Source of the DNA: the human T2T-CHM13v2.0 reference genome, Homo sapiens
Strand: one strand, 5' to 3'
DNA: 64,000 nucleotides
Assembly (NCBI RefSeq): GCF_009914755.1
Contig: NC_060928.1
In this document: positions 1 to 13,214 of the stretch, one piece after another
How positions within the stretch are numbered: position 1 is the first letter of the stretch
Layout: each line of letters starts with the position of its first letter
Program-made: the position numbers and the translations under genes
The notes under the pieces: model-generated
What the model was told of the DNA's origin: nothing
What the model saw: the letters and a program-made list of their open reading frames with translations, nothing else
Databases searched by the model: none

Positions 1-852
1 TGGGGGCTTCATCACTTTCCCCATTTAGCACATAGATTGAGGATCACAACAGATTTTGCTTCAGTTGGATCAGAACAGATCCCTAAACCTTGGAAAAAGT
101 AATACCTCCATAGCGTGTGTTTGGTCTGTTCTGAATTGCGTATTCAATGTTGGGTCTTATCTTTTGGAGTTTCTTTTGACTGTGTTGGAGTTGCCTACCA
201 ACTTTCCTACACCTTCCTTCCATATTGGCCTTGTGTGAAACAGTATTCCAATTTGCTGTGGAATAGTCAGTGTGGTGCTGTATTGTTTTGTTGTTGTTGT
301 TGTTCGGATATTTGAGAAATCTAGCAAACCTCACAGAGTATATCTATATAAGGCTTTTATTTAAAGGTAAAACATACAGAGCAGCAATAGAAGTAGAATT
401 CAGGAAAGCATCAAAAGGCTGAGAGATAATCTTTACACACCTGAATTGTGCTGAAGCTCTGGCTGAACTTCCAAGTCTGTGTCAGGAATCTTGGCTTCAG
501 GACACATCTTGGAAAAGCTTTCAGTAGTTAAGTGGTCAAGCCAGGCTTGTCAAAGCATTTGAGCCAGTTGCAAACCAGTAAAGAAACTAGCCCTGGTGGG
601 GCAGGATTGCCAGGAGAATTTCTGAGGTGAAACAGCACACTGTAAATTCTTCTGCCTTTATCTTGGGTAAAAGTCACACAAACAGGCATCTAGGTATCTC
701 CAGAGATAGAGAGAGCTTTAGCTTTACCACTTCAGTTGTAAATCAGCTATTCTAAGGCACTCAGACCAATATTCTGGAGCTATTTTATATATACCACTAG
801 TAAAGTTGTCCTGCATTGGAGAAGTTGTTTAAATTCAATAATCTGTACTTTG

Positions 853-1008
853 TTTTTATTATTTTTTAATTTATGTTTTTATTTTTAAATTTCTTATAGA
901 GAAAGGGTCTTGCTAGGTTGTCCAGGCTTGTCTCCTGGCCGCAAGCAATACTGGTGCCTCAGCCTCCAAAAGCACTAGAGTTACAGGTTTCAGCCACTGT
1001 GCTCAGCC
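853..1008 (-). mobile_element. Alu monomer (FLAM/AluJ left-arm-like)
   Basis: T-rich tail, then 'agagaaagggtcttgctaggttgtccaggc...cctcagcctccaaaagcactagagttacaggtttcagccactgtgctcagcc', the reverse complement of a diverged Alu left monomer. Confidence 0.85.
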
Positions 1009-1649
1009 TGCTCTACTTTAAATACCCATGAGAATTCTAAGACTGAGCCTAGAAAAACCTTGGATCACCTAGTTAACAGTGACATATAAACATGTGAACA
1101 GTTCTTGTGAATCTTATGGACCAAATTGATATTGGCTTACTATATTTTATATATGGATCACATATGTACACTCTACTACGGTTCTAAAATGCCACACGTA
1201 ATCTCAAGGTTTTATAGGCCAATTAGACATTTATCCAATCCTAGTTAAGCATAAGAGCCAGAAATACTGTCTTTAAAGACACGTCAGAAGAAACATTTGG
1301 CTAAAATTCTGAATACACCTTTTCACTTTCCAAGAAGAATTTCAGAATTAAGTCCAATTATTTAATGTGCCATCAAATTCTTGTTTTGTGTATATTGTCC
1401 TTCCATTATAAACTTTAAACCTAATGTTAGTGAAATTGTTTTGTGTTCATGTTGGCCAAAAGCCAGTACAACTCTACAACTCAACAGGAAATATTCAGAA
1501 GCAGTCTAAATTATTAATTTTTCTCATAATGTGAGGTTAATACTACCTGGTGCAATGAATAATCTCATTGCTAATTTGAATAAGATTAAGTTTTAGATCA
1601 GTCTTCACTAGATATTAATAAGCTGACATTTAAATCAGGGTTCAAAAAC

Positions 1650-1905
1650 ATCAAAGAAGGGAGTTACAAATGTGGAAAGGGGAAGAGCTAGAATAAACTC
1701 TGTGGTGTCTGATTTGCTTTGAATGGATCATTTACAAACTTGTAGGCTTTAAATATAATTGGTAGATGTCACTAGCTATATCTGCTAAGAGCATATAGAA
1801 AAAAAGGAACTGTGATAACGATGGGCATACTTAGCCAACAGATCTTGGTTTGTATGTCCCATTCTCCAGGGCTCCTTGGAGAAAGGGTTGACATGAAACG
1901 TGCAC
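1650..1905 (+). mobile_element. Old L1 3'-UTR fragment (L1MC/L1MD-like)
   Basis: 'ggagttacaaatgtggaaaggggaagagctagaataaactctgtggtg' and 'ccattctccagggctccttggagaaa' resemble L1MC/MD 3' UTR. Confidence 0.55.
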
Positions 1906-2014
1906 AAATATAAATTTATTTTATAAAGGGAGAAATAAAGGATTGGAGAGGTTGTGTCAGTTACACAAAGTTACAGGCATAAGTAAGTGTCAAGGAGAGC
2001 ATGGGTTTCTTATT

Positions 2015-2270
2015 AAAACAGCAGATAGTGGGCCCCAGTGTCTAGGTTAAGGTCCCCATATTCTTCACTTGCCAGTTTTGACACCTTGCTCAATTTTCAA
2101 TCATGAGTCCTTGATTTCCCTAGAAGTAAATCTGTCTAAAGATAATGCTATCTGTCTCATAAGTAGAGTTGTTGTGAGGAGCTAAATGAGATATGATAAT
2201 ATCTCAAGTACTAAAAACACAGAACACTATAATCACTACATAGGTGTTGACATTTTATTGTCACTATAAC
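2015..2270 (+). mobile_element. MIR SINE
   Basis: MIR core/3' motif 'gataatgctatctgtctcataagtagagttgttgtgaggagctaaatgagata'. Confidence 0.65.
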
Positions 2271-3854
2271 TTTTCTTACTATGATGACTGTTTTATTATA
2301 TGAAACCATGCCTATCTGACTTAACAGTATATTCACATTCTGTGAAAAAAACACAGAATTGAAGCAAGCACATCACCAATAAGGATTGGCAAATGGATTT
2401 AAATATCTTGTTATGTTAGTGAGAAAGTAAATAGAATTGACCTAAATCATATGGAGTTTAAGAATTGAAGAGGAGTGGGAAGACTGGTTTGACAGACAAG
2501 TTGGGACCAGAATATACTGACCTGTGAGAATGAACTATATATGATTATTGCAAGAGCCTTTTTAGATAGCTTAGCTTCATATCAATATGCAAGATATTTT
2601 GTTGTGGGGAGGGAAAGGAAAATCTTTATGCTATATATGGATAAAAAATAGTCACTGAATAATTAATAATACTTAAATGGAATTGGAAAAACTCAAAGAA
2701 GGCATCATAAATTCAAAATCATTGGCAGTGAATTCAAATACAAAATAGGAACATGTCAGAACTCTAGAATATATAAGTGTTGTAATTTAACTTTATATAG
2801 TAACTTAAATTAATCTAATAAATGATTTCTTGTGGAGGCCCTGTAGGGTGTGATTTTAATTGATATGTGTCTAATTGGCATTATTAGAAATCCTTTGTTT
2901 CATATAAATAATTGATGTGCTAAAATTATTGTAAGTTTCTCTTACTAGGTATTTTTAAGTGTCTCTTTTGGAATCTTTATGCCGTTAAATTATCTAGCAA
3001 TTTTTTCCCTAGTGCAATGGAAGAAAAAAATTTACAAAGACAAGGCAAGAGATCAAAATTACTGTAACTATTTAAATATAGTTTCATTTTTATAAGGCCA
3101 GTAATGACAACATAATATTCATTTATATTTTGTAATTCATTGTTTTTCCTTTCCATTTTCTGCTGGTACACCGCCAAGTAACAAAGCATTATGACAGGAG
3201 AAAAGGGAGAACAATTAAAGGTTCGGAATAATGAGGAAAATGGACAATCACTCCTAGATAATTGAGAGTGAACTCCATATCACTGTTAAAGTAAGGCAAC
3301 ATCATTATCCCCATATTCCTGCAAAAATATGCATGGGTCACTTAGAAGTATTTCTACTCTTACTTATTAAAGCATGGACCGCTGATCTCTGGAAGAGAAT
3401 AGCTAAATTTGGGGGTTTAATGAAGGTTTAAATGAAAGAAATTAAGGAATGAAACTTACCAACCTTGCATGTGAAACTTCACTTGACCTAGAAGCACTAC
3501 TTGTAATTCTGCAAAGTCAACAAAAAGCATGTAAATGGGAAGGAGTGTATTACTAAACATAATTTGATCCTTTTTTTTTTTTGAAAATCCTGTTCTCCTA
3601 TTGTAAACTTCTCTTTATAGTAAATGCAAAAGTCAAAAGTTTTGCTAGTTAAAAGATAACAGTGGTGGCTAGATCCCTCCAAAAAAACAGCCTGAAGTTT
3701 AGGATAAAAAAAACTAACACAATGAGATAGAGCTGCTCTAATAAAAATAGTGCCTATTTCTCAAAAAATATATGCTTTTTTTCATTCTAAATAGAAATCT
3801 AATAATATAGCCATTCCTAAGTACTATTATGATTTCTTAAGAATGGGAAATTCT

Positions 3855-4154
3855 GGCTGGGCGTGGTAGCTCAGGCCTGTAATCCAAGCACTTTGGGAGG
3901 CTGAGGTGGGCGGATCACGAGGTCAGGAGATCGAGACCACAGTGAAACCCCGTATCTACTAAAAATACGAAAAATTAGCCAGGCACAGTGGCAGGCGCCT
4001 GTAGTCCCAGCTACTCAGGAGGCCGAGGCAGGAGGATGGCGTGAACCTGGGGGCAGAACTTGCAGTGAGCCGAGATCACACCACTGCACTCCAGCCTGGG
4101 CAACAGAGAGAGACTCTGTCTCAAAAAAAAAAAAAAAAACAAACAAACAAACAA
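3855..4154 (+). mobile_element. AluY with a 12-bp left-arm deletion (AluYd-like)
   Basis: Full Alu with AluY diagnostics (gatcacgaggtcaggagatcgagacc; ggcgtgaacc; cttgcagtgagcc). 'gagaccacagtgaaacc' lacks ATCCTGGCTAAC. A/(CAAA)n tail. TSD aagaatgggaaattct (3839-3854) / aagaatgggagactct (4155-4170). Confidence 0.95.
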
Positions 4155-4854
4155 AAGAATGGGAGACTCTATGATGCCCATGTCCCAGTCTCTTATTTTC
4201 ACTCTGTTGCAGTCATCAGGAAAATAAGGTTAACCAAATACTGTATTTCCAAATACAATGCAGTGTAAATGCAAATACAATGAAATAAATATCTGGTTTT
4301 CTAGAAATTTTCAACAGGCCTTACAGCTATGCATAAAGTGATTTGATTTTGAATCACCATTTTCATTGGTGGTAATGTTTGTGTGTGTACTTACAGCTAA
4401 GGTGTTATAACATCATTACATTCTAAGTCTCTTCAGGTATTCTTTGTTCTAGTTTCAAGTTTTTTTTTTTTTTGTTATGTTTAGTAGGAAAAATAACATG
4501 AACTGCAGACATACTTTGAAAGAAGCCATTAGAAATCCTGGGGTGAGGGGGTGGTTTGGCTAACTCTAGCTAAGATATTGAACAAAACAATACCTATACT
4601 TTTGAAGTAATGTTGAGAAATTCAATCTTGGAAGAATCGGTTTTGATAATTTTGGTAGAAAGTAGATAAATTTTTACTTATACCATCAAACTAAATTTTT
4701 GCTAGTTATCTTAAGTCATGTCCCGAGATCTAACTGTTTTTGAAAAATTCAGTCCAGTCCATAAAGCCCATTCCATCTATTCCACTGTACTCCTTCCTAC
4801 ATGACCCAAATGCAGGGCTAGGTTTGGGAATATCAACAAAAGGAATAAGGGGAC

Positions 4855-5107
4855 AGTAGTCTCAGTGCTTTGGGAGGCTGATGTAGGAGGATTGCTTGAG
4901 GCCAGGAATTTGAGTTGAGTGTGAAACAAAGTGAGATCCATCCCTACAGAAAATAAAACAAAAACACATTAGCTGGAAGGCTGAGGTGGGAGGATCACTG
5001 AGCACAGGAGTCTGAGTCTGCAGTGAGACAAGATTATATCACTACACCCCGGTCTGAGTGACAGAGTGAGGTCATGTATCAAAACAAACTAACAAATAAA
5101 CAAATAA
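4855..5107 (+). mobile_element. Old Alu (AluJ), 5'-truncated, with right-arm deletion
   Basis: 'gctttgggaggctgatgtaggaggattgcttgaggccaggaatttgag' and 'ggctgaggtgggaggatcactgagcacaggag', then an A-rich tail. Confidence 0.85.
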
Positions 5108-5109
5108 TG

Positions 5110-5465
5110 AATATAGCTTTCCTTTAAAATAACAATCTTGTAGAGTCATCTGAAAACCAAACAAATCAAAGCAACAAAGAAGAAAAACCCAGATAATTAC
5201 AAAACTGTGGGATAAATGTGACGCTATTGTTAATTACAGAGTTTCAGGGGAGTGCGGGGTGGTGGGTGTTTGGTGTTAACTGAGGTGTTACAGACCCAGG
5301 AAAGAATAGACCTGAAGCTTGATGGGCAATTAAAGTCAAAAGATGAGAAGGAGACAGGCAAGAACTCCAGGCACAATAGGGTGTATGCAACAGACCTGAG
5401 ACATGAGAAAATATGGTGCATTGGGAGCATTGAAAATGAGTTTACTTAGCTAGAGGATATAGTGT
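5110..5465 (-). mobile_element. L2 fragment
   Basis: Antisense L2-like purine-rich stretch 'aactccaggcacaatagggtgtatgcaacagacctgagacatgagaaaatatggtgcatt'. Confidence 0.55.
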
Positions 5466-5721
5466 TTTCACATATATGAACATACATGTGAAAATCACAT
5501 ATATGATTTTCAAAATAAACTCGCCAGGCAGAAAGGGTGTATTATTTTGACTCACATTTTATTTAATGAAACAGTCACTCTGAGAGGGATTTGAATGTTT
5601 TATAACTCTTTAATGATATTGGTGAGTTTTGAACTCATTTTCTTCTATTACCATAAAAAAAGCTAAGTAGAGTAATAAATATTGAAAGATATTGAAGATT
5701 TTAAAGCATAGGACATAGTAA

Positions 5722-5973
5722 TAAAAACTGATACTTACACAGTGATTATTTTATGCCAGGTGCTGATAAGGGCTTTCCATGTATTATTAAACTCATCTTA
5801 TCCTCACCACCTATGAAATAAGTACTATAATTATCAGCATTTTGTGGATTAGGAAACCAAGACATAGAGAGATAAATCCTCACTAATTTCTCCTAGCTAA
5901 TGATTAGTGAACTAAGGCATGAATCCCAACAGTTTAGCTCCAAACCCCACACTCTTAGTTGCTGAACTACTGC
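5722..5973 (-). mobile_element. MIR SINE
   Basis: 'tatgccaggtgctgataagggctttccatgtatt...cctatgaaataagtactataattatcagcattttgtggattaggaaaccaagacatagagag' matches antisense MIR. Confidence 0.8.
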
Positions 5974-6167
5974 TTGGCTATTTTACCATATTATTTATGT
6001 AAGAAGTCAATGATTAAAAAGCAGTGTAAGATAATCACAATCAAAGGGAATATTTTTCATATAGAGTCAACCTGTAAGATTTACAGAGGAGGGGCTTAGT
6101 ATTTGGGGTTGAAACAGTTGGTATTGAAAATGGAAGAGTTAGCAAAATAATTGGCATTCATGAGTAA

Positions 6168-6375
6168 TGTGGTGCTCTGCCTTGATTCTCCTTTAGAACA
6201 GAAGTATTTATCCCACCTTCTGCTGTTGAGAATGCTGTCTGCTGAAGGCTGGGAGTTAACTCCTTCCTTTGAAATTGCCCATATCTGAAGGGAGCTGCCT
6301 CACCTAAAGTTAAAGAAAGTTATACCTCTTTTTACATAGTAGCCCACAAATGATGACTGATTGATGAGGTGTACA
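6168..6375 (+). mobile_element. ERVL LTR 5' part (LTR16A-like)
   Basis: 'gaaattgcccatatctgaagggagctgcctcacctaaagtt...agcccacaaatgatgactgattgatg' resembles LTR16A. Confidence 0.65.
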
Positions 6376-6480
6376 GTCAGGTTAAGTAACTTACCCATGG
6401 TCACAAAGACTCCAAATAGAAGAATTTGATCCTATGCTGGGTTAACTCAAAGTCCAAGACATTTTTCTTTCACTATATTT
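6376..6480 (-). mobile_element. MIR fragment
   Basis: 'aggttaagtaacttacccatggtcaca' MIR core. Confidence 0.65.
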
Positions 6481-8213
6481 TCTCCTGTAACTAAACTTTA
6501 TGGATTCAAGTAGTTATTTTATAGGAACTGACAAATTTATGTACATCCATTTTATGCAGTCTTCAGACCTCTGTCATTTCAATGTGGTTTCATAAATAAG
6601 TTTTCTTTAATCTTTAACATAGACCCCACATATAAAAGAAAGAAGGAGTGATATAAAAGGATGAAACTATTTGATATTGAAACATGGGATCATAAATAGC
6701 ATCCTGTGTTGTATATGAAATATATATATACACATAAAAGTGCATATCTTTTGTAGCTTAATATATGTTTTTGATATTGAACATAAAATGTTGTGAATCT
6801 ATGTGTCATAGAGATGAGAAGAATCATTATTTTCGAGCATCTAAGCTGCACTTGGTAAACAGCAGGAATCAGTGGTACTGCAATCTAAGTTTTTATCTGT
6901 CATTGGATCTTTTATAGTTGTTGAAATAACTGGAATATCTATTATTTGAAATACTGTATATAAAAGAAAGTGTATCAGTTGTGCTTCAACTGTTTCTAAT
7001 AGAAAATCTTTAGAATATTTCTAAGCCTTTTAACTAAGTTTTTTTAAAGAATTTTACCTGCTGTTGACTCAAGATATTTCCTTGTTATATTCAACAACAA
7101 CTAGTTAGGCTCAATAAGGTAATAGTTTGAACAACTGAGAAACTCCATATGGTGTGTTTCTTGCTGACAGCATGAATTCTAGCTTGAGGGCTCTGATCTA
7201 TTAAACCACATGTTATGATCAAAGTGGTATTCACTGGCAATCATGATGGGAATCCCTGTTTATTGAATTGCATCTTTGTGCAATATTTTCATAGGTCAAA
7301 GATAATTAAAAGAACTAATTTCACTGAGGGCTACCTTTCAAGGCCCACTTAAATAGAACAGTTACTGCAGCAATTATTTTCCCCTATATCAAAGGCACTG
7401 CAGCCCTGGGCTCCAGGTTTATGGAAAAATATATATGTCTTAAAATAGCTGATCTTTCAGATGCATGTTCAGTTACAAAGGAGTATGTTTAACAGTCAAG
7501 TAACTCAGTGAACACTGACTTTAAAATACTCATGAACTGCCCACTGGCATCAGTCAATTTTGGAAAGTTTTTAACAAGTCACATATTAATTTTATACATT
7601 CATTGTATTAAAAAATGAATAAATAGAAATCTGTCCTTCAAAAATCTAGAAAGCTTTTAAATACGCTCTAGTAGTAAAAATTATGTTTTGAAGTTATGTC
7701 ATGTTTAGTCATATAACCTAAGAAAATACTGTGTATTATTGTCCCTAAAATGTCCCAATTATTTCAATGAGTGGTACTGAAAGTGTCACTCTTCTTATTT
7801 GTAGAGAAGATAAAATGTATGACTGTACTATGATTGTCTTTTAAACACAATTTACATAAATAATTATTGTTTTAACTCTGAGTGTGATTCTCATGACAGC
7901 ACTTCCTTAGAGGAGATACCATAATGGGCATAATTAAATCAATTATAGTTTCCTTGGTGTTAAATGTTATACTTGCTAATATCAATCAACCAATGCATAT
8001 GCAGTTTGAATTCACCTCTATAAAAATTGAATTAGTCCATGTGTTGGAAATGAGCATCATTAAGTTACAGGCACACATTATCATAAACAATATATTCTAT
8101 ATCTATCTATTAAGACAACATACCAAAATAGACTCTTATTAATGTGATGAATTTAGTGAATATCTAAAAAAACCAGTAACTAGCATTTATTGACATTCAT
8201 GCAGTGTGGCAGG

Positions 8214-8216
<3 letters not shown>

Positions 8217-8272
<56 letters not shown>
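8217..8272. repeat. (TA)28 microsatellite
   Basis: Uninterrupted TA run at the tail end of the minus-strand Alu. Confidence 0.98.
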
Positions 8273-8568
<296 letters not shown>

Positions 8569-8882
8569 CAAAATATTTTATATACGTTGACTTGATTAAT
8601 CTTGACCCCAAATCTGTGAAGCGAATATTATTTTCTGGTTTTGTACAGATGACTAAGACTCAGGAAGGCTAAGTACCTTGCCCTAAATACTAAGTAAGGG
8701 TTAACAACTAATAAAGGGAGGGTTGAAATGTAGCATTCTCTCACTAGAGTCACGTTCTTATCCTCTATATTAAGATGTTTGCTGATCCTCAAATCTGAAA
8801 TCAGGAGGCCAATGTTTTGGTACTGTCTCTGCTAAATTGTTTGTAGTTAGTGGAACAAGTCAGTAGCCAATCAGGCCTCAGT

Positions 8883-8957
8883 TATTGAATGCATGTAGCT
8901 CACCATCATGAAGTTGAAAAATCATAAGTCAAACTATTGTAAATCTGGAACCATATG
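8883..8957 (+). mobile_element. MER47 (Tigger-family) 3' terminus
   Basis: 'tgaatgcatgtagctcaccatcatgaagttgaaaaatcataagtcaaactattgtaaatctggaaccatatg' followed by TA, a CpG-decayed MER47A end. Confidence 0.7.
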
Positions 8958-8959
8958 TA

Positions 8960-9160
8960 TAGCTAGAGTGGTGAGAGAGAGAAAGCAGTAAGAGTTGAAT
9001 TCAGGGAAGTAACATGGGCAAGATTGAGTTAAGCCTTATAAGTGAAGGAGATGGGAAGCTATTGGTAGGTTCAGATAAGAGGAATAAAATCTTCTGACTT
9101 CAGTTTTGACAATATCATTCTGGCTACTTGTTGAGAATTGATAAACCCTTTTGGAGGCAG
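8960..9160 (-). mobile_element. L2 fragment
   Basis: 'gatgggaagctattggtaggttcagataagaggaataaaatcttctgacttcagttttgacaatatcattctggctac' is typical antisense L2. Confidence 0.7.
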
Positions 9161-9774
9161 AGCTACCATAAAGCCAACATAACTCTATCTCTAGAGCACG
9201 AGTGGGCAAAGGATGTGGCCCCGATTAAAAGAAATAAATCTCCGATTTCTGTAAGAATGTGGACCATTGGGATAGTCTATGCAAAACCTCTGCTTCATTA
9301 TAATACATATAATTTATGTAAAGAATGCAATATAATTGTGCAGATACTGCCAACTGTTTAAAATTTGACATCACTTGCAGAATCCTTAGCATGCTGTGCT
9401 TTCAAAGATTTACTTAGAAAAACATCAATAATTGCTATAGACCATGTAAAATATAAAACATGAAATGTTTTATTTCACTACAGGAGAGGGCACTTCAACT
9501 CATACTCTTATAAAAGTGACTTGTAAATTCTTGTTTAGATTAACCAGACCACAGAAGAATTCAAACAGTAGTTGGGCATTTCAAAAACATGTTTAAGGCA
9601 GACCAATTGAAAAAAGTGAGTTAACAATGATTAATGTCTGCTAATCAAATAATCGATTTTTACTTATGGAAGAAATATAAAAAGAGAAGAGATATGACAA
9701 GGGCCAAAAATTTTGTTTGAAGGTTTTATAAAAGAGAAGGACTATGTGGATGGTTAAAAAATTAGCTTTGTTTC

Positions 9775-10071
<297 letters not shown>

Positions 10072-10747
10072 AAAAATTAGCTTTGTTTCCGAATGAACTT
10101 TGCCTTTAGCCTTGTTAGCTCAAAAGCCACTCTTGCTTTCTTTTTGACACCATCATTTAACTGCAACAAATCAAATTTGTGTGATAGCACTGCTTGACAG
10201 GAACCATAAGTAACTGCCAGGAGGTCTGACTGCAGCTGTTGCTCTCCTATAGCACACAGTTGTGCTGTGTCATTTGAATTTGTGCTTCAGTGGATCTTTA
10301 AAACATTTCTTCTCAGTAACCTGATTAAAGTTGTGTCCTGGATGTTCACTTGACTGCTGATGCTTAAGACTCCTACTGCTAGACACAGTTCACAAATATT
10401 AACCCCAGAAGAAATATTTATCAGAAAGAAATACTTATAAAAAAATGCATTTCTAACAGGCTTCATTTCATTAACCCCCAACATTTTTATCACCAATATC
10501 CAAGCATCTCTGTTTACTCACTTTGGCTTAAATGCAGCCTATTTGCCAAACAAAATCCGTTCTCTTAAGAAGCTTTTGTTCATTGAATCACACTCTGATT
10601 CTTTCTTTGATACCCTTTCTTTGTCCTTATGCTTTTTTTTGTAATAGTTTAACTCACAATCTTTGCATGGTCTCGTTGGGATATTTCATACACTTCAAGT
10701 ATATATTTTCAGCTAGGATGTCAAATTCCTCACAGAAGAGTAGAATA

Positions 10748-12004
10748 CAGTTATACGCATGTCACATAATAATGGGGATATGTTCGGAGAAATGCACCGA
10801 TAGGCAGTTTTGTTGTGGTGTGAACCTCATAGAGTGTACTTACACAAAAGTAGATGGTATAGCTCACTATACACCTAGGCTACATGGTATAGCCTATTGC
10901 TCCTAGGCTACAAACCTGTCTAGCATGTTACCATACTGTACGGAATACTGTAAGCAGTTAAACACAATGGTAAGTATTTGTGTATCAAAACATATCTGAA
11001 CATAGAAAACGTACAGTGAAGTTATGGCATAATTTTTTTTTATGGTACACTTATATAGGGCACTTACCCTGATTGGAGGTTTCAGGACGGGAAGTTGCTT
11101 TTGGGTGTCAGTGAGTGAGTGGAGAGTGAATGTGAAGGCCTAGGATATTACTGTATACTACTATAGACTTTAGAAACACTGTACACCTAGGCTACACTAC
11201 ATTTATGAAATGATGTAGTTCTTTCTTCAGTAATAACCTTAGCTTACTGTAATTTTTTACTTTATAAACTTTTGACTTTTTAAACACTTTTTTACTCTTT
11301 TGCAATAATACTTAGCTTAAAACACAAACATATTGTACAGATATACAAGTTTTTTTCTTTATATTCTTATTGCATATTTTTGATTTTTGAATTATGTTTA
11401 TGTTTTTATGTTTTATATTATATATATATATTTTGTTGTTGTTAAACACTAAGACACAAATGCACACATTAGCTTAGGTCTGCACAGTTTCAGGATCAAC
11501 AATATCACTGCCTTCCACCTCCACATTTTGTTCCACTGGAAGGTATTCAAGGGCAGTAACACACATGGAACTGTCGTCTCCTATGATGACAATGTCTTCT
11601 TCTGGAATATCTCCTGATCTGCCTGAGGCTATTTTACAGTTAACTGCTTTTATTTTTGGTTAGCAGAAGGAGTAAATACTAAATAGCAATAAAAAGTATA
11701 GTGTAGTAAATACATAAACAAGTAACAGTCCTTTATTATCAAATATTATGTTCTATGCATAGTTGCATGTGCCAGGCTTTTATTCGACTGTCAGTGTAGT
11801 AGGTTTGTTTACTACATCAGATCACCACAAACACGAGTAATGCATTGCACTGTGACATTATGATGGCTATGATATCACTATCAATATCACTATGATATCA
11901 CTACGATATCACACGTAGGTGTCAGGAATTTCTCAGCTCCATCATAATCTTATGGGACCACCGTCAGTCTCTTACTGACTGAAATATCATTATGTGGCAG
12001 ATAT
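10748..12004 (+). mobile_element. Tigger3b (Golem_B) non-autonomous DNA transposon
   Basis: Starts TA|cagttatacgcatgtcacataataatggggatatgttcggagaaatgc. Internal 'acacctaggctacatggtatagcctattgctcctaggctacaaacctg'. Ends 'atgggaccaccgtc...gaaatatcattatgtggcag'. Length about 1.25 kb. Confidence 0.9.
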
Positions 12005-13214
12005 ATACACATTCACAAAATATTTGCAGGGTGGAATCTATTTTGGGGAATCAAGAAATGACTTTATCCGATCTGCATCACCCATTTTCCTATAGATTGG
12101 CTGCACAATTGGTATAACCTCATATTTTGTGTATTACATGGAGAATTCACATTTCATAGAGAACAACACAACCAAAAAATGCCATCTTTCTTCTACATTG
12201 TCCCTCTTTCTTATGTTGGTATTGGCAGTTCTCCCCATCATTACTCATTTTTGCAATAACTAGCCCTTAACATTTCTGAGCCTCCGCTTACCATGTTTCC
12301 ATCTCATTCCAAAGTATTTTCCTTTTTAATGTGCTGAACAATTTAGCATATTTTAAAAATTTAAGTACTCATTCAGATTTGTTCCACCACACTTGCTACA
12401 TTATTTTTTTTTTGAACTGCTGCTGCTTGCAATGGCCTTTTTTGGTCACATTTGAAGTTCCAGGTATTAGAAAGCCTGTGTTTTAGAAAAAATATTTCGA
12501 AAGCTTCTTGAGATGAGACAAACACATTTAGAGAAGTTAAGTGACATAGCTGAATTAAATAATAAGGTAAATAGTAAAGTCAACGAAATAGGCAAAACCT
12601 TTAATATTTGTTGTAATGAGGTTAATTGTAAATTAATATAAAAGAAGTAGCATTGGTACATGAAGATAACCATATTTGGAAAGTCATTTGGTAAAATAGT
12701 TGAACAACAATCTACTGCACATGAGCAAAAAAACCTTCAGGCATGGGTCTTTCAGGAGGCTGAAGGAAAATGCATTATGAGAAAGCCATACAAGCAGCAC
12801 TCAGAGAAACTATACTTCCGTAAGGACTGCCAGAAACAGTCTAAATTAAACATAATGCATTTATTTGAAGGAGTATAAGGTAAATAATTATTCAATATTT
12901 CCATACTAAAACAGAAAAGGAAATGACAAATGCTTGGTTTGCTAAAAATAATGAGGTAAGATCAACTGTAACATTGTCTAAAAGCTGGGTAACTGCACTG
13001 TAAAATTGAAAAAAAGTGATAGCATCTGAATTCTATTTGGGAGTTTGCTGACTTAGAAGTTCTGTCTATTCAACAGTGAGTCAATCTATTATCAAAGATC
13101 TTTACCTACAGGACAAATCTCTGGGACAGATTCAGCTAATCAAATCCAGTTTTGCTTTTCCAATTATTGTTACTCACTGGGTGGCAGAGATTTTCTCAAA
13201 AGACAAGAATAGTC

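Noticed and set aside
2977-3189. Coiled-coil-like peptide 'YQQKMERKNNELQNINEYY' on the minus strand
   Set aside because: A-rich compositional effect with no convincing splice donor and no recognised homology.
10532-10906. Longest ORF in the track (124 aa)
   Set aside because: Its second half lies in Tigger3b non-coding sequence, and it has no recognisable domain or splice context.
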